Under the pieces are notes generated by a model. It ran no database searches and was not told the origin of the DNA. It saw only the letters and a program-made list of their open reading frames with translations. Below are positions 17,570 to 24,683 of a stretch of DNA of 39,278 nt, piece after piece (the first letter of the stretch is position 1; each line of letters starts with the position of its first letter). The position numbers were made by a program, and so were the translations under genes. Source of the DNA: a bacterium (GTDB lineage Bacteria; SZUA-182; DTGQ01; JAFGSM01); assembly GCA_049472315.1 (NCBI GenBank), contig JBLIRN010000002.1, positions 1-39,278 of the forward strand. Direction: 5' to 3'.

Positions 17570-18862
17570 ATGAACCTGAATATTACACAAAAATTGATGA
17601 TCGGTTTTTTGGTGGTACTCTTTTTCGGCGCCATGAGCGGGGCGATATCCTATGTCGGACTCGCCAAGATCGAGATACAGATGCAGACCCTCAAATCCCC
17701 CGGCAGGGGCGACGTGGACAGGGACGTGACCGCCATCGTCAAGGACATCAGGGTTGCCAAGGTGCTCACCTTCACCCTGATCATGCTGAATTTCCTGGTT
17801 ACAGTGGTGGTGATCCTGATCCTGTCCAACAAGTTCACCGATCCGATTATTTCCCTCTCCACCATGGTAAAGGAAATCGGCGAGGGACAATGGGGCAAAA
17901 AAATCAACATCGAAAGCCACGATGAGATAGGGCAGTTGGCAAGGACCTTCAATCAGATGTCGCGATCGCTCCTGGAACATGAGCGGCAGATACGTGAGGC
18001 CCAGGAGGAGCTCAAGCGGAGGGACGAGATCCTCATCACGGCGAATAAGGAACTCGAACGGCTGAATCAGCTCAAATCGGATTTCCTGTCCACGGTATCC
18101 CATGAGCTGAAGACCCCCCTGACCGCCATCAAGGGATATGTCTCCCTTATGAAGAATAAAAAGGTGGGCCCGATCAATCAGCAGCAGTTCAAGTGTCTCA
18201 CCATTGCGGATGAACGGGTTGATCACCTCAACAACCTCATTTCGGATCTTCTCGATCTTTCGAAGATCGAGGCGAATCAATATGCGATCAAACCGAAGCC
18301 GGATGATCTTGCCCAATTGATACATAATACGGTTTCATCCCTGAAACCCATCTTTCAGGGCAAGGACCTTCATGTGCAGGTGCAGATCCCTTCGCCTCTG
18401 GCCAAGGTGAGTATGGATGCACCCAAGATAAATCAGGTGCTCAATAACCTGCTCAGCAATGCCATCAAGTTCACCCCTCCGGCTGGCAAGATACAGATCA
18501 GTGTATCTCAGGGGGTATCCCAGAATGGGTCAGACGGATGCGGTTATGTGCGGGTGGATATATCGGACACCGGTATCGGGGTGTCACCCGAGCAAATTGA
18601 AAGGATCTTCGAGAAATTCTATCAGGTCGACCATTCCGCAACCCGGGAATACGACGGCACCGGTCTGGGGCTTCCCATTGCAAAGGAGATCGTTGAGCTT
18701 CATGCCGGCAAGATCTGGGTGCACACCAGGGAGGAGGGCGGGTGCACGTTTTCCTTCACCTTACCCATGGCGGATGAAGCGGGGACCGAGAAGGGCTCCG
18801 GTGACACTGATTCTTCCGAAGCTAACCAGTCCCCTAATAAAAAGAGAGAAAAGAAGGTATGA
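17570..18862 (+). CDS. Membrane sensor histidine kinase (2 TM, HAMP, HisKA, HATPase_c)
   Basis: HDEIGQLARTFNQM (HAMP), FLSTVSHELKTPLT (H box), NLLSNAIKFT, DTGIG, GTGLGL. Confidence 0.94.
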   Translation: MNLNITQKLMIGFLVVLFFGAMSGAISYVGLAKIEIQMQTLKSPGRGDVDRDVTAIVKDIRVAKVLTFTLIMLNFLVTVVVILILSNKFTDPIISLSTMVKEIGEGQWGKKINIESHDEIGQLARTFNQMSRSLLEHERQIREAQEELKRRDEILITANKELERLNQLKSDFLSTVSHELKTPLTAIKGYVSLMKNKKVGPINQQQFKCLTIADERVDHLNNLISDLLDLSKIEANQYAIKPKPDDLAQLIHNTVSSLKPIFQGKDLHVQVQIPSPLAKVSMDAPKINQVLNNLLSNAIKFTPPAGKIQISVSQGVSQNGSDGCGYVRVDISDTGIGVSPEQIERIFEKFYQVDHSATREYDGTGLGLPIAKEIVELHAGKIWVHTREEGGCTFSFTLPMADEAGTEKGSGDTDSSEANQSPNKKREKKV

Positions 18863-20358
18863 ATTATCAGAGCATACTGCCCGTTGTGGCATTGGCATTT
18901 CCATTAATCGGTGCGGTTCTGGTGCAATGGGTGGAGCGATTCTTCCCCGGGCAGGCGGACCGCTTTACCGCCCTGACGACGCTGGCGTCGGCGATAACCG
19001 TCGGGTTGATGTATCCTTCCATCAAGGCAGGGCGGGTGCTGGTGTACTCACTCTCCACCGGCCTTCCCGTGGGGATTTCCCTCAGGGTGGACGGATTGGG
19101 ATTTTTTGTGGGGATGATCGCCGCCGTTATCTGGATGCTGGGGAGCTTCTATGCAATCGGATTCATGAAGGGGGGCCACTCCACGGTCCGCTATGATGCC
19201 TTCTCCCTTTTGACCCTTCTGGGAATGCTTGGTGTTGTTTTTACCGGTGACCTGTTCAGCCTCTATATCTTTTTCGAGATCCTGAGTGTAGCCTCATTTA
19301 TGCTCATGGCCCATGAACAGACGAAGGTGGCGTTAAAGGGCGGGCTGATATACATATTCATGGGGATCTCGGGAGGCCTCATCCTGCTTCTTTCCATCCT
19401 GCTCACCTATTCCCTTTCCGGCACCATTAACCTTTCCATGGTGGGATTCGGGTTGAAGGGCTCCCCGTTCCTTCCGTTGATCTTTGCCGGCTATATCATA
19501 GGGTTCGGGGTCAAGGCGGGGATATTCCCCCTGCACTTCTGGATGCCCTCGGCGTATCCGGAGGCCCCGACCTGCGCAGTGGCCCTGTCCTCCGGGGTCA
19601 TGATAAAGGCAGGCGCCTACGGGATCATTCGAACCCTTTACAGTATCATGGGGAGCAATGTGATGAAGGGGAGCGCGCTTGCCGGGATACTCCTCGCCAT
19701 GGCCCTGCTCTCCATTTTTGTAGGATCGGCCGCTGCCATCAATCAGACCGACATCAAGAGACTGCTCGGGTATTCGAGCGTTTCGCAGATCGGATACATT
19801 ATCCTTGGCGTTGCCCTGCTTTCGCCCACAGGTCTTTTGGGCGGGCTGGTGCACATATTCAACCATGCCATCATCAAGGCCGCCCTCTTTTTGTGCGCAG
19901 GCTCCTTCATCAAACAGGCCGGAGGGAGGTACCTGCCCGAGTTGAAAGGGATAGGGAAACGGATGCCCATTGTCACGCTCTGCTTTTCCTTTGCCGCGCT
20001 CTCCATGATCGGGCTTCCTCCCTTTAACGGCTTCATCAGCAAGTGGTTTTTGGCACTGGGTGCGCTCGAGTCCGCCAAGGTAGGCTCATACGGCCAGTGG
20101 GTGGGAATCACGGCGGTGGGCGTGCTCATCCTGAGCAGCTTCATGAATCTCGTGTACTACGGCCCCATTGTGTACGGGGCCTGGTTTGAGAAGGGAGGGA
20201 ATCCCTCGGCGTCTCAGGAAGTGACTGAGACCACGCTTGATCCTGAACCGAACATGCTGATCCCCATCTTCATCCTGGCCATGGCAACGCTGGTCTTCGG
20301 GATCCTCCCCGGCTTGCCCCTGAGGCTTGCCAGGCAGATAAGCAGCATGTTGTTTTGA
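18859..20358 (+). CDS. Proton-conducting antiporter subunit, MrpD-like (copy 3)
   Basis: LYIFFEILS, GVKAGIFPLHFWMP, VMIKAGAY, KRLLGYSS, GLPPFNGFISKW. Close paralog of 14194-15714; ATGA overlap with the kinase stop. Confidence 0.9.
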   Translation: MNYQSILPVVALAFPLIGAVLVQWVERFFPGQADRFTALTTLASAITVGLMYPSIKAGRVLVYSLSTGLPVGISLRVDGLGFFVGMIAAVIWMLGSFYAIGFMKGGHSTVRYDAFSLLTLLGMLGVVFTGDLFSLYIFFEILSVASFMLMAHEQTKVALKGGLIYIFMGISGGLILLLSILLTYSLSGTINLSMVGFGLKGSPFLPLIFAGYIIGFGVKAGIFPLHFWMPSAYPEAPTCAVALSSGVMIKAGAYGIIRTLYSIMGSNVMKGSALAGILLAMALLSIFVGSAAAINQTDIKRLLGYSSVSQIGYIILGVALLSPTGLLGGLVHIFNHAIIKAALFLCAGSFIKQAGGRYLPELKGIGKRMPIVTLCFSFAALSMIGLPPFNGFISKWFLALGALESAKVGSYGQWVGITAVGVLILSSFMNLVYYGPIVYGAWFEKGGNPSASQEVTETTLDPEPNMLIPIFILAMATLVFGILPGLPLRLARQISSMLF

Positions 20359-20420
20359 AACAATGAAACGGCGCATCGGCATACAATGCGTCCATAATGC
20401 CTTGAGAGGGTTGTTGTAAG

Positions 20421-23387
20421 GTGACCATGATAAGAATAAGGTATCTTGTGCCGTGCATACTGATGGTATGCCTTGTGATCGGAGGCACCCCGCGCCTGGC
20501 TTCATGTGCCCGCACCTCCCCATCACATGCAGTTCACCAGGAGGTGCATCATGAAGACCCGCACCACGATGAAGGCGGCGGGGTCCCCTACGACGAGATT
20601 ACCCCGGGCGGCAGTGTCAATTCCATGATCCCGATCTGGCTCATCCTTGTTCCGCTGATCGGCGGCATCCTTTTGGCATTTCTTCCAAAGGAGCAGCCCG
20701 GCGGGAATCTCCTGATCGCGCTGACCGGGATTTCATTTGTGGTGAGCCTGCTGCTTTACAATCCCGTGGTAAAGGGGATCATCAAACACGGGGTGCTCAT
20801 GAAGGGGATATATTCCGAAATCCCCTTCCTTCCCCAGTTCGGATTCAACCTCACCTTCAAGGTTGATCCGGTCAGCATGTCCCTGGTGATCTTCACCTGT
20901 CTGATCTGGTGTATTGTCGCCGTCTTTTCGAAATCATACCTTGAGGTGGAGGAGCGGCAACAGCGCTACAACGTGGCGAACTGCTGCTGCCTTGCAGTAA
21001 CCCTGGGCGCGTTTATGGCAGGCGACTTTTTCACCCTGTACATCTTCTATGAGGGTATCCTCCTGTTCCTCTATTTGATGATCATCCATCGGGAGGATGA
21101 GCAGGCCCTCACCGCATCGAAGGTATATCTCTACCTCGGGGTGGCGACCGGCCTCGTTCTCCTGTACGGCATTTTTCTGCTCTACCATATGACCGGGACC
21201 GTCGAGATAAAGAGCCTGGGTGCCGCGCTTGCCTCCAGCCCCGCCTGGGCCCGCTATGTAGTGGCAGGGATGCTCATCCTCGGTTTCGGCGGAAAGGCAG
21301 GGGTATTTCTGGAGCATATCTGGATGCCGAGCTCCTATGGAAGCGCTCCGTGTCTCACTGCCGCGCTTTCCTCCGGGATCATGATCGAGGTGGGGGCCTA
21401 CGGGATCTTCCGAACCGTGAATATGATCTTTTCACCTTTGGGCATGCCGGTCGGCGATGCCTTATGGAAGTGGGCCTCCCCCATGTTATGGATGGATACC
21501 ACCCATATCGGACACGTGCTGATTTGGCTGGGCATCATGACCATGTTCCTGGGCGCCTTGAATGCCCTCATTTCCCATCACAGCCTGAAGTTGCTCGCCT
21601 ATTCGAGTGTGAGTCAAATGGGGTACATCATCATGGGCATCGGATGCGCCGCTTACATGGGTAGCCAGGGTGCCATGGGACTGGCAGGCTCCGGGTATCA
21701 TATCATAAACCATGCAGTGTTCAAGGTGGCGCTTTTCCTCTGTGTGGGCGCGGTGTTTTTCAGCACACGGGAGACCGATATCCGGAAGCTGGGGGGGTTG
21801 TGGCGCACCATGCCCCTCACCGCCTTTGTGATGCTGATGAGCCTGTGCGCCATTTCAGGGATCCCTGGTTTCAACGGATTCGCAAGCAAGACCATGCTGC
21901 ACCATGCCATTGTGGAGGCATACGAGCACTCCTTTCATATCATGGGAAGACCCGATCAATGGCTTAAACTGGCGGAGTGGATCTTTATCGTGACCGCCGG
22001 ATGCACGTTTGCCTATAACTTTAAACTTTTTTCCTTCATCTTCCTGGGCAAGGGGCGCAAGGAGCACGCAGACCTCGCGCCTGTGCCGGCCTCGATGAAG
22101 ATCGCCTTGGCCACACTGGGCACCTTTATCATGTTCATGGGGCTTTTTCCCAATTGGCTCCTTGAGTATTTCATAGGGCCCATGCTCTCCTATTTCGGAT
22201 TCAATGCCCATTCCCATGCCTACCATATTATCTATAATCTCCACGCGAACGAGGCGCCCCGTTCCATCATCCCCCTTCTCTACAATCCGACCACACGGGC
22301 ATTTCTATCCGATGGTGCGGTTGTTCATAATCTGCTGGGAGGCAGCTCCGCAATCCTTATCGGGGGCGTGATCCTCATCATCGGACTCGTGTTTGGCGCC
22401 TTTCTCTATAAGACCCCGGAGCAATACCGGGTGGAGACATATTACCGGCAGATGTTCAGAGGGTTTCTCTCGCTGTGCTCCTTCACCTACAGGACCATCA
22501 TATATGCCGGCGAATTGGTGGTCGCCAAGTGTATGGTATATTCATGGATTCCCCCCCTGCGGATGGAGAGCGTCATATCCCCCCGCGGGGACCTTGATGA
22601 TAAGAGGATATTGGATTATCTTGCGGCCCTTGAGCAAAACAAGGATGAAAAGACGGCCCTGTTTGAAAATATCTCGCGGTTCGACCAGAAATACGGTGAG
22701 GCCATTGAGAGGGCATTAAGGGAAAAGGGGCTGTTTGAGCACATCAGCAAGGTGGATGAGAAGTTTTCCAAGACCGCTGAGAAGGCGATCCTCTCCAAGG
22801 ATCTCTTCACCCGGATATCGAATGTGGATGAGCGCTTCTCCGAGTCCATGGACAAGGTCAACAAGGGCCTTTTCACCCGGATCTCGGATGTCGATGAGAA
22901 GCTTTCCGGGTCGGTGGATAAGGCGATAGGGGAGAAGGGTGTTTTCGGGAAGGTCACCTCCGCGGACAGCATGTTTGACGGGATGGTGGACAAGGTGATC
23001 TTCAGCAAGATATTCTGGGGAATGGTGGCCCGGGCGGACGGGAGCATCCTGACCTCCGACTTTCTGAAGAAGTTTACGAACCTCGAGAAGAGCTACGATA
23101 CCATGATGGAAAAGGTGCTCTTCGGCATGATCGGGAGTGAGGACCTGTCAAAGATCAAGATGGAACGGAGTGATTTTTCACGCTCGTGGTTTCTGAACAT
23201 TTGCAAGAAGGTCGCCCGGATCCACACCGGGGACATCAGCAATTACATCAGTTGGATTGCGATCGCCCTCACGGTGATCATCGTCGTTCTCGTGGGAATT
23301 CCGTACCTGAGGACCTTATTTGCCATTATCCTGGCCATTACGCTGACCATTCTCTCAACGTTCATTTTGGCTTTGTTTTTTCTTTAA
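20421..23387 (+). CDS. Extended proton-conducting antiporter subunit (MrpA/NuoL/HyfB-like, copy 4) with His-rich N-terminus and repeat-expanded C-terminal helix region
   Basis: LYIFYEG, GGKAG..HIWMP, LKLLAYSSVSQMGY, NHAVFKVALF, GIPGFNGFASK; C-terminal HTGDISNYISWI followed by TM helices; 988 aa. Confidence 0.85.
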   Translation: MTMIRIRYLVPCILMVCLVIGGTPRLASCARTSPSHAVHQEVHHEDPHHDEGGGVPYDEITPGGSVNSMIPIWLILVPLIGGILLAFLPKEQPGGNLLIALTGISFVVSLLLYNPVVKGIIKHGVLMKGIYSEIPFLPQFGFNLTFKVDPVSMSLVIFTCLIWCIVAVFSKSYLEVEERQQRYNVANCCCLAVTLGAFMAGDFFTLYIFYEGILLFLYLMIIHREDEQALTASKVYLYLGVATGLVLLYGIFLLYHMTGTVEIKSLGAALASSPAWARYVVAGMLILGFGGKAGVFLEHIWMPSSYGSAPCLTAALSSGIMIEVGAYGIFRTVNMIFSPLGMPVGDALWKWASPMLWMDTTHIGHVLIWLGIMTMFLGALNALISHHSLKLLAYSSVSQMGYIIMGIGCAAYMGSQGAMGLAGSGYHIINHAVFKVALFLCVGAVFFSTRETDIRKLGGLWRTMPLTAFVMLMSLCAISGIPGFNGFASKTMLHHAIVEAYEHSFHIMGRPDQWLKLAEWIFIVTAGCTFAYNFKLFSFIFLGKGRKEHADLAPVPASMKIALATLGTFIMFMGLFPNWLLEYFIGPMLSYFGFNAHSHAYHIIYNLHANEAPRSIIPLLYNPTTRAFLSDGAVVHNLLGGSSAILIGGVILIIGLVFGAFLYKTPEQYRVETYYRQMFRGFLSLCSFTYRTIIYAGELVVAKCMVYSWIPPLRMESVISPRGDLDDKRILDYLAALEQNKDEKTALFENISRFDQKYGEAIERALREKGLFEHISKVDEKFSKTAEKAILSKDLFTRISNVDERFSESMDKVNKGLFTRISDVDEKLSGSVDKAIGEKGVFGKVTSADSMFDGMVDKVIFSKIFWGMVARADGSILTSDFLKKFTNLEKSYDTMMEKVLFGMIGSEDLSKIKMERSDFSRSWFLNICKKVARIHTGDISNYISWIAIALTVIIVVLVGIPYLRTLFAIILAITLTILSTFILALFFL
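22659..23009 (+). repeat. Intragenic tandem repeat, about five 66-72-bp (22-24 aa) units
   Basis: LFENISRFDQKYGEAIERALREKG / LFEHISKVDEKFSKTAEKAILSKD / LFTRISNVDERFSESMDKVNKG / LFTRISDVDEKLSGSVDKAIGEKG / VFGKVTSADSMFDGMVDKVIFSK, starting at 22659, 22731, 22803, 22869 and 22941. Confidence 0.85.
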
Positions 23388-23412
23388 TCCCTTTTGCAGG
23401 TAAGGTGCACCT

Positions 23413-24363
23413 ATGGAAATGAAAAAGGTTTTAAAGGTTATACTTATTCGAAGCGGTATACTGTTGAGCCTTCTTGTCGTGCTGATCATGGCAATCAAGA
23501 CGATGGTGCAGGAAGGCCCTTTAGAACCTCCGAAACAGGAAAAAGTCCTTGCGATCCTTCGCACCGAGACGATCGAGGAGTACGACCTTCATCTGAGGGG
23601 GATTAAGGATGGCATGGTATATAATGGACTGCAGTACAGTGCCAAGATATATGCCTCCTCTTCCCTCATCCGGGACGTGGATCTCGTCTATATCATGGGC
23701 CCCTGCGAGACTGAGGAATTTCTCGCCCGGAGGGGTGAAGATTCTCGCCTTATCGTGGTCGGCTATGCCTATATAGAAGAACCGAATGCCCACTACACAG
23801 GGATCTATTGTGGGCTTGACTGGCAAAAGGTCTTTCCCCTCTATCAAAAGATCATCCCCGAAATGAGAAGACTCGGCGTGATCTATACGCAAGGATCGTG
23901 CGACGGTGAAAGGCAGGCCCTTTCATTAAAGGCCCTTGCCGCATTGCGACCGCATCTCACCGTGATCGATCAGCCGATCGATCGATACGGAGCGGACATC
24001 GATACGCTGCTCTTCGAATTATTCGAACAGGTGGATGCGATCTATGCCGTATCACGTGATGTCGTCATAGAGAATCACCTGAAGCAGATCGTGGAACTAT
24101 GCCTGCAGAGAAGGATTCCTCTCATAGGAGGCGGCATCTTCGGGCCCCAGAAGGGGGCCCTTGCCTCAATGGCATTCGACCCCTATCGGGTGGGGAGAAC
24201 GGCCGCGGATGTCATACGGACGCTTGAACGGGTGGATAATCCATCCAAGGTCGAGATCGCACGACTCGAGCCCGAACTGTATATCAATCTGAGGACCGCC
24301 TACTACCTTGGTCTGGATATCCCTTCGGACCTGAGGAAGATCGCCAAAAAGGTCTATAATTGA
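23413..24363 (+). CDS. ABC-type substrate-binding-like protein (ABC_sub_bind family), N-terminally anchored
   Basis: IIPEMRRLGVIYT..VDAIY..RIPLIG..KGALAS..DPYRVGRTAA..LYINLRTAYYLGLDIP is the characteristic family C-terminus. Confidence 0.75.
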   Translation: MEMKKVLKVILIRSGILLSLLVVLIMAIKTMVQEGPLEPPKQEKVLAILRTETIEEYDLHLRGIKDGMVYNGLQYSAKIYASSSLIRDVDLVYIMGPCETEEFLARRGEDSRLIVVGYAYIEEPNAHYTGIYCGLDWQKVFPLYQKIIPEMRRLGVIYTQGSCDGERQALSLKALAALRPHLTVIDQPIDRYGADIDTLLFELFEQVDAIYAVSRDVVIENHLKQIVELCLQRRIPLIGGGIFGPQKGALASMAFDPYRVGRTAADVIRTLERVDNPSKVEIARLEPELYINLRTAYYLGLDIPSDLRKIAKKVYN

Positions 24364-24436
24364 TTGCCCGCTAAACCTTCGTTTGCGCGGAGCCCAGCTC
24401 AGCGTCGCCTCACAAGTTTGGTTGATTCCCCGTACC

Positions 24437-24465
24437 TTGCGTCCCCTCTATTGCTATGCTACTAT
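24437..24465 (+). promoter_or_regulatory. Putative sigma70 promoter (TTGCGT-17-TGnTACTAT)
   Basis: TTGCGT 24437-24442, TG 24457-24458, TACTAT 24460-24465; shares ATGCTACTAT with the ilvE promoter. Confidence 0.5.
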
Positions 24466-24683
24466 GAACCATTCAATGCTACTGGATTGTACAATGCCGT
24501 CTGACTGCCCAATTACGAATCCGGTTCTGCTTCGGCGGTTTGTGCTCGGGCCCTTAAAAGGGGCTTCTGCACACAGGCAAATGCATTGAAGTGTGAATGC
24601 CGCTCGTCCTCCTGCAGGTAAAATGGCCGAATAACAGATAGGGAGAGAGATAGGTTCAGAATGAATGCAAAAGGAGACAGCTC

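Noticed and set aside
16388..18325. 350-aa and 285-aa minus-strand ORFs
   Set aside because: Antisense to the well-supported REC-GGDEF and histidine kinase genes; no motifs.
9646..23387. Annotation as complex I (nuo) or a membrane-bound hydrogenase
   Set aside because: No NuoH-like, Fe-S, [NiFe] large/small or NADH-binding subunit genes are present; only the Mrp-type membrane subunits are.
24565..24640. c-di-GMP-I (GEMM) riboswitch suggested by GCACACAGGCAAA
   Set aside because: The GAAA tetraloop stem and the GACGCAAAG/P2 elements do not follow.
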